Part shown: positions 25,001 through 36,900 of the stretch, piece by piece
Layout: every line of letters begins with the position of its first letter
How positions within the stretch are numbered: the first letter of the stretch is position 1
NCBI GenBank assembly: GCA_040954595.2
Contig: CM082595.2
Span: 7,182,193 to 7,246,192 of the forward strand
Direction: 5' to 3'
DNA length: 64,000 nt
From: Balanoglossus misakiensis
Taxonomy: Eukaryota; Animalia; Hemichordata
Notes under the pieces: generated by a model
Seen by the model: the letters and a program-made list of their open reading frames with translations, nothing else
Databases searched by the model: none
What the model was told of the DNA's origin: nothing
Made by a program: the position numbers and the translations under genes

Positions 25001-26335
25001 TATTTCTTGCATATATCCAATTTCTTTATTATTGATAGTCACTAAGGTAAAAATGGGGGGGGGGGGGCAGATGACTACCAGGTTTAATATCAGATCACCC
25101 ACTTGAAATCATTATGACTAATTTTGCTGCCAAAATCATGTTTACCAATGTGTGGTACGAGTTAGGGTCTTCAAAACACATTTGGAGAGTTGCAATTTGT
25201 GTCCGCCATTGGACATGAGTCTCGCTCGCCGGACCGCGAACCTAAGTGCTGTTAAGCTGTGTAACCACTGGAGACACACCTAAGGGCCAGCCGCTATACA
25301 TGTCGGATTGTGCGTCAGGCCTTGGCTACACCGCTTCCAGCAAGTCGAGCGAGAATCGATTGCTACCAACTTGTTTGTAAAACAGTCGCTGGCTATATTT
25401 GGAATATATATCTAAAGACACAACACATGTGTGTATATAGTCAGCACGTTTAATGTGAAAGATCTGAATTCATGTCCGGACTATAGTTAATTTGTTAACA
25501 ATAACAATGGCCGTTACACACATACATTCTATGTTGACAAGCAGAATACTGGGTACATAGCGTACTGTTTGGAGTAGAGAAAGAAATTGCATTTGATACA
25601 CAGACCAAAAATACTGTAAATAAAGCCAAAAATACAGATAATGTCCCTTTAATGTCTGTCTTTTAGTCTAAAACTCTCGCCTGGCATTTTTGTCCTACGG
25701 CATCGACCACAACTATCAACCATGTCTTGCCGATTAACGGCGATCGCCATTGTCGGTTTTGTAGGGATGAAATTTGTTCAATGCGCAGACATCGTGTATA
25801 ACCCATTGGGAAAGTCTCTCTGTCTCAAAAAGGCGGATTCCTCTAAAGTTTTAGACATCTAATCTTCGTGCACCTCAAAGGTCAGGAGAAGAGAAATCTT
25901 TCCTTATTTTGATGCATTCAAACGAATTAATTTGGTGACTAGAAACCGATATATCATTCTCTGTTAGTTTCAAACTCTCGAATTCATTTGGCGACAAAAG
26001 AAACCGATATATCATTCTCTGTTAGTTGCACGTTGAAGTTGTGATATTTTGTCTCATTCAATCATACCTGTAAATGAATAGTGCTGCCGTTCAAGTGCTG
26101 TGGTATTATACATTGCTTATGGACTTCTTTTGTTTCTAAGGAGGTATTACAGCATTTGCACCGCCATATTGAATAACTAACTGATTTTTAAACTCTGTAA
26201 AAGCAATGGCACTAAAGGCCGTCAAAAGAATTTTGGAATATCATGTCAGCGTAATTAAAACGGATTTATAATTATGTCAGAAATCTGTCAGCTTTTATCA
26301 ATTAAAACATTCTTTACCTGTACCTTCCGCCCCAT
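16841..26335 (-). CDS. GAL3ST: Galactose-3-O-sulfotransferase-family type II Golgi protein, copy 1 (453 aa)
   Basis: Exons 26335-26318 (MGRKVQ), 18880-18783 (TM: LVFGVTLSFCVIVTSYLVF) and 18086-16841, phases 0 and 2, consistent. Motifs RKTGSTT (5'-PSB), IREPAANFESAF (3'-PB), DLVLVTEYYDHSLVLLKRLMCW and WNFLDVQIYDMFN. Confidence 0.88.
18901..19064. repeat. (GA)n/GGA purine microsatellite, forming a pyrimidine tract upstream of the TM exon on the - strand
   Basis: Visible low-complexity run. Homologous run at 33356-33586. Confidence 0.95.
22770..22906 (-). pseudogene. Orphan exon fragment of an SLC2A/GLUT-type sugar transporter
   Basis: YIQHFYNETYMMRNGDEMTENGMLWLWSTTASVNCIGGAFGAFIA resembles the GLUT loop1-TM2 segment (FYNET..R.G.......LWS..VS....GG..G). 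The pyrimidine tract ends in AA rather than AG. No other GLUT exons were seen. Confidence 0.75.
22994..23344. mobile_element. Kolobok-like palindromic MITE (family K1), with an extra partial TIR at ~22929-22970
   Basis: ttaa|aggtacaaagtctctctc ... gagagactttgtccct. Long internal inverted arms. Confidence 0.8.
24526..24719. mobile_element. Partial Kolobok-like MITE (family K1)
   Basis: Centre and right arm, ending gagagactttgtccct. Confidence 0.75.
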
Positions 26336-26469
26336 GGATGACTGTTCCCTGGATAGCACAGACAGAAAATTGTTTCTCGTAAAGTATTCAACATTCAATG
26401 AGGGTGGGGTCCAGGTACTCGACTATGGCATCACGTGGGGCGTACATGTAAATGTTGTGAACGGTTTTT

Positions 26470-26481
26470 ACTTCCGGAAGT
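26470..26481. promoter_or_regulatory. Palindromic double ETS site in the putative promoter of sulfotransferase copy 1
   Basis: ACTTCCGGAAGT about 135 bp upstream of the ATG. Conserved at 41363-41373, where the duplication homology ends. Confidence 0.5.
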
Positions 26482-27407
26482 CGAAAGTAGGCGGCAAGAT
26501 GAACTACTACACTTGTAAAGAGCTCAAAATGCGAACTAAAGATATATAATACAATGAAGGGAATTGCTTTGTTTAATAAGAAAACTCGCGCCTCAACGGA
26601 TCGCCACGCCAAAATGATCCGGTCCGTCATGTTTACAGGCTCGGTGTATGTGTCGATGGAAACCATTGATGATTTATAATACTCCGTACACGCAATGGTC
26701 TTGACAACATCATGGTTTATTGCGCTCGCATTCCCTATATGATTGCATTGATGTCAATGTTTCTTTTTCACAACTTTATTTATTAATTCGCTGGCCGCTG
26801 TTACCGAAAATAATCAGTTCTTGCCATTTCAAAATAAACAATTCTTTTCCAAGTATTTTTGCCTAAATTCGTCTTTCTGAGACGCAAAACAAACAACCGT
26901 ACCCTTCGGATAGTACAAATTTTTGGTAACACAGAAATACTGTTGATATAAAAAGGTGTAATTGATGTATGTAGATATCGGGTGAAACAATATATTGTCA
27001 GATCAAGAAATATTTGCTAACACGTTTGTTGCACTTACCTGAAAATGTACAGTAACATTCAAATCCACTCTAAAACAGGGTACTTTGATTAAATACTGCG
27101 TGTTCATGTCATATCAATAAAATACATGCACCTTATTATCCAAATTTGAGCAATTGCATAAAGTCAATGAGTTGCATAAGGCGTTTAAAACTAAGACGGG
27201 AAGACTATATTGACATTGTAATGGGCGCTAAGATTTAAAATGAAAGAAGGGGTTTCCATTGCGTAGGACGGCTTTCTCAGACAAGCCAGAGACCGACGGA
27301 CCTGTTGTTCTTCGATGATTTTGCTTGGCGTATTTACTAGTATGTTGATTCTGTTTCTCTTTTTCACAATTTAATATACACACCCGCCCGGCAGGCCATT
27401 AAAATTG

Positions 27408-27615
27408 TTAAAATGAACACCTATTGCCTGGCCATGAGGGCCATAGCAGCCATTTATTACCTTTACTCATTTATTATGAGTTACCAGAATCACATGCTAT
27501 TTCCCGAGGCTGTAGACCGAGGGAAATAGCATATGATTCTGGTAACTCACAGCCACGAGGGGGTAAAAACGGCTGCTATGGCCCGAATATAGGCCAGGCC
27601 ATAGGTGTTTTATAA
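27408..27615. mobile_element. ~208-bp fold-back palindromic element
   Basis: Left arm aacacctattgcctggcc..gggccatagcagcc..gagttaccagaatca.atgctatttccc mirrors the right arm. Central cccgaggctgtagaccgaggg. Confidence 0.7.
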
Positions 27616-28873
27616 TAAACCTCATGCTAACACGCGACGCTGATTGACGTGACTCGAGTCTGTGAACTCAAGTTGGTAACGTGACCGGTTTATATATTTT
27701 CTGCTATTTCCCTCGGGATTCATAGTCGATTCTATTTTCCTATCACGTGATGCATTCTGGCGAATCACAACACAGTATCAACATGAGATATATTATAATA
27801 TTTTCTATAACACTGAGATATCATATTTATAAAATGAGTGTAATTAAAACATTATTTACCTTGAATTTATGTAATTTTTTCAGAAAAAACAGGCTTTGCT
27901 GGCTTTTACTCCCCATGACAGATTTGATAGTTTATCTTATAGCCTATCAGTGTGTCAGGCTTTCTCCTTGATCATCCCCGCATTTGGTTAAGCGTCGCTA
28001 AGCAACTCAAGTACATTATTTAGTTGGTTTCAACATGTCAAATGAAGGGTTTGAACTTTGAAACATTAGCACACAATATAGTGGATGAGAAAATATTAGT
28101 CCGTAACCTTTTACCCCTCCCCAATGTTTTTGGCTCACGTGTGTACTTAACATTAATATAACTACGATTATAGACAGATAATCGGATTTATAGACATGCA
28201 ATTGTATTTTACTTTATTTGTAATGTATTATATTCATTCTTTGGTAATTTATTGTAATTTCAGTTATAGACCGCCTTCGTCGGGGGTAGGATTACATACA
28301 ATTGTGCCTTAGAGGGTGATCGCTTAGTCGACCTGCCTCTTGCCTATTTCTCCTACAACTAAGCAGACAGCGTTTGGTTTTTCGCTCTAGTTTTTGACAC
28401 TTAATGTTGAGAGGTGTTGATCAAGTAAACATAGAGGTCTGGGAGTTAGACTAAATTTATTTATAGTTCGCACGCATTGCTATGTAACACAACGCCCTCA
28501 AACTGGCCGAAGATCACAATTCGCTTAACGCAGTCTTGTCATACCGGGAGCACGCGCGTGCGGTTGGTCACGCAAAATGTTCACCTTGGCCGGAGCAACA
28601 ACGTTGCAATAATGGTGACATGTCCTGATAGAATGTATAAAAGTGCTCGTGATGATGCCATTGCAACTCATCAACTGTGTGGCACATTTTGGGTTTTGTG
28701 GAATACTGTGAACAGCCTGACTGAGGTCATCTGAGGTCACCGTCGAAATATTCTGCGAAATGTACTTAATACGGGGTACATGCGGACGCGACAGATCAGT
28801 ATTACATGAAGATTAAACAAACTAAACTATGGTCCATGACTAATAGTTTAGTTTAGCCTATACGAGGAATTAA

Positions 28874-29386
28874 AGGGACAAAGTCTCTATCTCCTACTTA
28901 CATTGTAGACTCTCTCACAGCCCCTCTCTCCGTCCATGCAGGCTTCTAGTCTGATTGCATGTGCACCATACGGGGCTTCTCCTTTGCTAAATGGTTGAGG
29001 GCGCGTAAGTGAAGAGCCTAATTGTAGCGAACCGTGGGCTGTGAGAGAATCTATCTCTCGCTGCCCTTTTTCCATTAATTATGTTCGATACAAGACACCG
29101 CTTATGTTATTCTACATGTGGATATGTAGTGAATCAACGTTCGACCACACACAACTTCCATCCCGTTTGTAGGATATGAGAGTAAAAATCTCGCCAAAAT
29201 GAATAAATGGTAAAGACCGATTATTCATTTTGGCGAGTTTTTCACTCTCGTGTCTACAAGTGGGATGAAAGTTGTGTGTGGTCGAACGTTGATTCACTAT
29301 ATATCCACATGTAGAATAACAAAAACAGTGTCTTGTATCAACATAACTTAATGGAAAAGTGAGAGCGAGAGAGACACTTTGTCCCT
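28874..29386. mobile_element. Kolobok-like MITE (family K1) with a nested insertion at 28906-29053
   Basis: ttaa|agggacaaagtct ... ctttgtccct|ttaa. The nested element has TIR tagactctctcacagccc / gggctgtgagagaatcta. Confidence 0.8.
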
Positions 29387-31033
29387 TTAACTAAATGTGG
29401 TGTAATCCAGTCATAAGTATAAGTCCTGGGGCTGACTTGTGCATACAAGTCCATGGGCTTATTCTATATCGTGTATGGCAAAAGAAATGTTAAATGTCAA
29501 ACCTTTTAATATCATTATTGTCAAACCACTAGATTGACTTTGTCATGACATCAATCTGACGTTGGATATGGGCTGTGGGAATGCCAGAAATTCCATCCAA
29601 AAATCACAAATTTACACTGACATAAAGATTTGTTTTCATCCTCCGAATCAGTCTTGTTCTGAATCAGCAAAACATTTCCCGTGTATTATATTTGACATTC
29701 CATTTCGTGTTCCGCTATAGAAATCTCTTGTCTCAATCTTTAAAAAATATTCCTAATATAACACGGTGACATAAAAATTATAGGTGCATTCGGGGTTTTA
29801 AAAGTCAACGCTTTGCACATTTTAATAACGCCTTTGGTCTCATTGGACTTAAAGCTAATTAACAGGCGTGTTTTTGTACACGTTTTTTTTTACAGTGCTG
29901 TTCGCAAACCAAGTCATACGTTTCCTTTGGACAGTCATACTTTTATCAAATGAGTTCCCATCATCCTATAACACAGTCGTCCACGAGTGGTCATTTCCAC
30001 TTATTAATCGCATCCGCCATTGACCAGAGTGATCTGATCTATCAGGAATTTGTCTTTGGTGAATTTTCCTTCGGCAGATATCTGTTGTAAGATGAAAAAA
30101 GGGAAAATGTCTATGAGATAATCATGGATCTCTTCACATACTATATGTCGCCTATCAGAAACAGCATAGTGTCTCTGAATGACAGATAGACAGATAGACA
30201 ATATTACATAACCCTCGTCAGTAACATCATCAAAAGGCGGGAAATAACCATCTTTAAGACGCTAACTCCCATAATTCCGTGTTCAGAATTGCAAACATAA
30301 GACACTGTTACTTACCTGTATGTTTTCGGTGTTGTTGATTTCACACTTTGCGAAGTATGAACTGTTTGCTGTCTTCTCCACCTTGAAGTCAGGCTGCAAC
30401 ATTCTATTACTCGCTGACATGTATATGTTTAAACTCAGGTTGTCCTTTCTCGTTTTTTGTTTATGGTAATAGATTTTAGCACAGTGAGTCTGGGATACAT
30501 TTGCCGTCATCGTGTGGTTATCTCGTTGTTGTTGTTGTTGTTTTTGTTGATGGCCTGTAGAGCAACAAGTCAGCAAAAGTGTTGGTCAATGATTATGGAC
30601 GAACGTACGAACTGTACAAAATAGCGTCTACTTTATTCTTTATTTCAATCAGGACACAGAATTCTCGATTGACCACGTGCAGATAGAAATGGTGCGATTG
30701 TTGGAGACTTGCAAATACTAAACATTCCAGGAAAGTGCATACGAAGAAAAGCTTTTCGCATTTCATGGGCAAACGAAAAACCAGGCCTTTGTTGGAGTTT
30801 TTAAGCGGTTGATAAATTTCAAAATCAGACATAGGACAGTCTGTTGAGCGGCCGTGTTTGTGAATATGAATCAGCCTTTCATTTTAGTCTTTTGGTGAAT
30901 TTCTTGATCTCAAGCATTGTTTCAGGCATCTAAGCAATGGAGAGCCTATATATCAGCAGTGGCTTTTGTAACAAGAATTGCGAGGTAGCTGCTCTTTCGG
31001 AAATTCTGGACACTCAACTAGCAACGCCAACTG

Positions 31034-33437
31034 TCAAACAACTCTCATGAAATGAGACTTTGAAATCGCCCTTTGAACCTTCTCCGACAGCCAATCCCTA
31101 CCTGCCAGAGCGATCGAAAATGATTCACTTCCATCGTATCGCCATGGCACTCCAAGTCTTCTAGACATTTTGAACCAGGATTCAAGTCTTGTGCAAAATG
31201 TTGTAGAATTTCTTATAACCGTGCCAAACTTCTCAAGCAAACCAATAGTAGCCCGGGACACGTTGCTAAACTTGTCACATTCTTCTGACACAGCATCTCT
31301 GATCAACCGGAAGTCTCGCAAATCTCTGTCAAAGTCTGGTCCATATTCTTGAACTTTTTTCCACAGCGTTTTGTTGAACATGTCATATATCTGGACATCA
31401 AGAAAGTTCCATTTATGTATGGACTCTATTAATTTTCCATCGAGAGGAACACGCTTTGGACGTACCCGACGGGATATATACAATATATCCTCCATTTTCC
31501 AGCACATTAGCCTTTTCAGCAAAACAAGGGAATGATCGTAATATTCAGTCACAAGAACCAAATCAAGTTCTTTGTTTAGTGTTGTAAAGTACTCGTTGGT
31601 GATTTCAGGGTTATGGTGATATTTCTGGTCCAAGCCAAGATGCCAGGCCTGGCCATTCCACGCCACAGCCACGTGACGCCTCACTCCTTTTCTTTGAATC
31701 ACATTGTAGTAATATTCCGCGTTGTGTAGAAATTCCTCCATTTTTGCGAGACCGTCTGAATAAGACTTCTTTTTAAGATATTGTTCCAAACCGAAAAAAT
31801 TAAACGCAGATTCAAAGTTCGCAGCTGGCTCGCGTATGATTGAAATTAAAATCGTTTCGGGAGATTGTACACTGCACTTCAAACTGGTTTCATTAGCACT
31901 GACGATATTTAGCGTCCCTTTCTCTTTGGACAAATGCACACGATTAGATCGTTTCATTTTTAGCTCGGGTAATATGACGTCATGATTTACCCCATTCACG
32001 AGATACAGTTCCATTGTCCCTTTGTATTCTTTACCCTCATGGTGTATAACTTGCATCTGGTGAGTAAATTTGTTGTTTTGGGCGAATCTATCGATCAACG
32101 TTACAAGAGTTGTACTGCCTGTCTTGCGATTGAAGATATACGCGACATTGTTGAGTTGCTTGCAATGCTGGGAGTTATTGGAAGGTGTTGTCGTGTTGTT
32201 CAACAAAGTGTCGTTTATTTTGAATCTATTCTTCCATATCCAGCGTTGTGCATTCATGGAAAATTCTGAAAACATAGAACTGTAAAAAGATAACGGGATC
32301 ACTTGTACGTCACCTTATAGAACCCACATTCCGTGACGCTTGCGCCCTCTATAGGGGATCGTACTGACCGTAAAATGAAAGAGAGGTTTTGGTTCAACTC
32401 AATCTTGAATTTATGAGCAAAGTCTTTCTCTCGCTGCCTATTTCCATTACTTATGTTTGATACAATAAACCGTTTATGTTATTCTACATGTTGATATATA
32501 GTGAATCCACGTTTGACAACTTTCATCCCGCTTGAATGATATGAGAGGAAAAACTCGCCCAAAATGAATAAATGATATAGACTGATTATTCATTTTGGCG
32601 AGTTTTTCACTCTCGTGTCTACAAGTGGGATGGAATTTGTGTGTGGTCGAACGTTGATTCTCTATATATCCACATGTACATTAACATAAACATTGTCTTG
32701 TATCAAACGTAATTAATGGAAAAGGGCAGCGAGAGAGAGACTTTGTCCCTCTAAACCTGTCTTTAAAAAGTCTCATTAAATGTTTTGAAGAGGCTGTGTA
32801 TATATTTTCGCCAAATTGCAATTTTTACCAATTCAGAAGTAGTTTTAACAGGGGGTCTGTTAAAAGAAGCTCAGCTACCTCGTAAATAAAGTCGTATTCG
32901 TCATATACTAGTATAACGTATAAAATGTAAATTTAAAATATGTAAAATTGGTAGAGAGAAAATCGAGTGAGTAGATCGACAAGATACCGCCAGCAAAATT
33001 AACCCATTCTGGTTTGCAATAGTGTTAACTTAAGGGAAATAACGGTAAGAAGCTAAAATTCAAATATTTATGTTGATTATTTGTAATCTCATATATTACT
33101 CTTTCTGCCAGATAATAAGATGTAAACTGTTGGAAGGTCCGTTTTTACTCAGCGAATACAAAATTAACGAAGTTCCCCAAAATAGCTACCAAAAGAATGA
33201 ATTTTACTTGTCAAAACGGTGAAGGCTGTAACTTACCTATTTGACTTTGTTATAAAAGTACTCAAAACATCTTGTCGAAGAACCAAATACGAAGTAACAA
33301 TGAGACAGAAAGTAAGCGTAACGCCAAATAGTAACTTTGGACATAAAATAAAAAAAGAGAGAAAGAGAGGGAGAGAGAGAAAGAGAAAGGGAGAGAGAGA
33401 GAGAGAAAGAGGGAGAGAGAGAGGGAGAGAGAGAGGG

Positions 33438-33479
<42 letters not shown>

Positions 33480-33906
33480 GAGATAGAGAGAGAGGGGAGA
33501 GAGAGAGGGAGAGAGGGAGAGAGAAAGAGAGAGAGAGAGGGGGGGAGAGAGAGAGGGGGGAGGAGAGAGAGAGAAAGGGAGAGAGATTAATAATTGTGTA
33601 TACCCCATTTGCTAAGCTGATCTACCTGGGCTAGTATGCCCTAAAACACCTTCTGCATTTAAAGGTATAGGGTCACATATGCAAATTTAGCTACAGTTAC
33701 CACGGCAAACTGAGATTTAGCCAATCAGTGGGTTGCACACGCGAAAAAAATGAGCGCAACAATATGTTCTTTAGAACACTCAAATACGCCATTTCAGCCA
33801 TATATGGGCGTATGTAAATTAGGGGCGATCGTGTACCTTTGAATGAATGAATGAATATTTATTCAACCAGATATAAATAAACAAATAAACAAACAAACAA
33901 ACAAAC

Positions 33907-33938
<32 letters not shown>

Positions 33939-36900
33939 AAATAAATAAATAAATAAATAAATAAGCAAACAGAGTCGAACATAAGCTAAGTGCTACACAA
34001 TTACAATTTGTCACAAATGTAAAACAAAAGAGTCTATATCTTGTTTGGACCATGGAAATAGTCCCAATGGACTAATCGAGTCCACGGCCCAGGAAATACA
34101 GTAATAAAATAACAAAAAATCAGTGTTATGAAAAAGAAAACCAAAATAGTTCGAAATGTTTGTTGGGAAAATATCATTTAATGAATCAAAGATAAATAAA
34201 CAGGAAGAGTATTTACTGAGTTTCGGAAGAGTTAATATATTTAGTTGGCGGAATAAAGGTTCGGAGTTTGCAGTGAAGTCAGAAAACGTAATAAGACGAA
34301 CAGCTTTTTTCTGTAGGCGGAGAATGGGATTTAATAATGTAGTGTAAGTATTGCCCCATATTTCTAGACAATACGTTAGATGCGGTAAGATGAAGGTGTT
34401 ATAGATCATGATAAGAATTGACCTTGGTACAAAATGTCTGATGCGAGAAAGGACACCAATTTTGGGGCTGATTTTCAAAATAACATTTTTCACGTGTGAA
34501 TTCCAAGTAAGTGATGGGTTAATGGAAATACCAAGATAACTTGCCGATGTAACTTCCTCGATCATATGATAAGAAAGCAATATATTGCCGTGTAAGTCAA
34601 TTTTCTTTTGAGGTGTTTTTATAACCATGAAATTAGTTTTGTTGACGTTAATAGTAAGTTTGTTAGCATTACACCAGATATTTATTTTATTAAATTCACT
34701 ATTGACATTATCGAGGTTGATGGTGTTGGAGTTGAACGATTTAAATACATTAGTGTCATCAGCGAATAATCGAAAGTTAAGTTGGTTGAATTAGCGATGT
34801 CATTAATTAATTAATATTAATATAAATGAGAAATAGAGTGGGGCCAAGAATTGAGCCTTGTGGCAATCCACATTTACTTTGTTGTGGCTCGGAAGTTTTA
34901 CCATCAATAACAACAGCTTGTTTACGATACTGAAAATAGCTATGAAACCATTGTAATGATTGACCTCTAATTCCATCGAGCTTCTGCAAAAGAATAGTGT
35001 GATATATTGTATCAAATGCCTTTTTTAGGTCAACAAAAATACCAATAGTTGTCTGACCCTTTTCTATTTGATCCATTAGGTCAGAAATAATGTCCGCCAA
35101 AGCAAGCTTCGTGCTATATTTTTTTCTAAAACCGTATTGTGTCTGTAAAAGTATGTCATGTTTATCTAAAAAGGAAATCAACTGCTTATTGACTATACAC
35201 TCCCTCTGGTATTATGAAACATTTTTCTTGGATGTTAAATGATGCTCCCCAAATGAAACAAAACCATGGAGGCATGTAAGGGAGTCGCCATTATTCACTC
35301 TCAAAGCTGGGTACTTCATTTGCATGCATAATTAGGGGTTTTATTTCAAATGAAGGACGCCCTCATCTCACTATCGGTGACCGTTAGACGATTTTTCAGC
35401 GAAGAAAAAATCGTCAAAATACAGTTAGAAAGGTGAGTGATTCTCATGATTTTGGTATCTTCCAAATGTTTAAGGTCTCCGGTTTCGCCCACGAAAAAAA
35501 ATCGTGAAACTGACGCGTATTTTTTGAAACATGGGTTAAATACGAGTTTTGTAGGCCTGTGTACACGGCCTGCTAAAACACTGCGTCATTTTCGTTGGCA
35601 AGCAATTATCATTATTTTATACCCAGAAATGTTGAGATTTGATATCAAAACATCGATATAAGAGAGATTTTTTGGTGTTCACGAGCATTTGATGTTCGTA
35701 ATTAGCCATGGAAAAGTCACGATTTTAACCCTGTGAAATCCAGCATGGCGGCTGTGTGATGACGTTTACGTAGCCTGTACTATGTAGGCTGCAATGTTGA
35801 TTGCGTTGATGTTAATGGGGATAGACACATTTCGGACATGTTTCAAAATTTCCGTCCATGATTGAAAATTTCTACATGTCAAGCAAATTACTTAGCCAAC
35901 ATTTGTTGTTTTACATTTCAGATTTCTGCCAACTGTGTCCAACCTGGTGACTGCTCGCACAGTCCGTGTCCTTGTCCACTGCATGCAGAGTGACGACCGA
36001 TAGGCTACTCCCAGTCAAAGCGTCACTATGTACATGTATAATGTAATTCCTATATAAAACAGTGATGTTCCTTTTCATATCAAATTGATCTGTCAGTTTA
36101 TTCTAGATTGTATGATACTGGTAAATTTGTACTGATTGTGACAATAAAACATATAACAGGCTTTGTGGAATATGTACAAACTTTGTTTTCTTGTTGTCAG
36201 ATATATCATGTCAATATGTGTTCAACTAGCAGTCACTGAGTCAGCCTTGAAACTCCTATCCTGGACTTGTAAACTTTCCCACGCCAAACACGGGGATCAG
36301 CAAAGACAGATTGAAATTCACACACTTTGCTATCCATATGTTTTTATAAATCATGTAGACTATGCACCTGAATATTGTACAAAATACACAAATACCTGAA
36401 CCCTTATGTCTACCCCCAGAGCAGGCTAATCGGGCCGATATACGCACTTGTGCGGGCGTTTCTAGCCGTGCGTACAGGTCTGTGAACGTGAGTTGCCGGC
36501 GCGTTACACGGCCGTGTGACGCCGGGAACACAAAGATCTGTGCGCAGGCCAGGGCGTGTTGATTTGCGGTCCCGATGTGGACACTGGCGAAGCCTGTCCT
36601 TCTCAGTGAGATTGTACGTGAAACCATAGACAGCAGAGGTGAAACACGTCGGGCTTACGGCAATATTTGTGACCCCAATTGCCCAACAGATGATTTATTA
36701 TCACCAAAATACGTCTAAGTAGATCGAAAGGCTTATTCTTACTGTGAAACCCTATATTCAATTTTACTTCCGCGTTCCCGGTCGAGGTCGATTTCACGCT
36801 GCACCGCAGGACAAAACACTGCGTCAGTTTCGTTGGCAAGGACGCAGAACCCTCAAACTTGCCACAAGTGTTTATGCATATCTATTAAATATTTTTCCCA

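Larger units (their letters stand above)
14193..26481. repeat. Segmental duplication unit 1 (paralogous to ~29280-41373) containing a sulfotransferase gene
   Basis: Colinear matches in the downstream region, exon 3, the TM exon with its GA tract, intron blocks (25286/39579, 25740/40329), exon 1 and the promoter. Confidence 0.85.
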
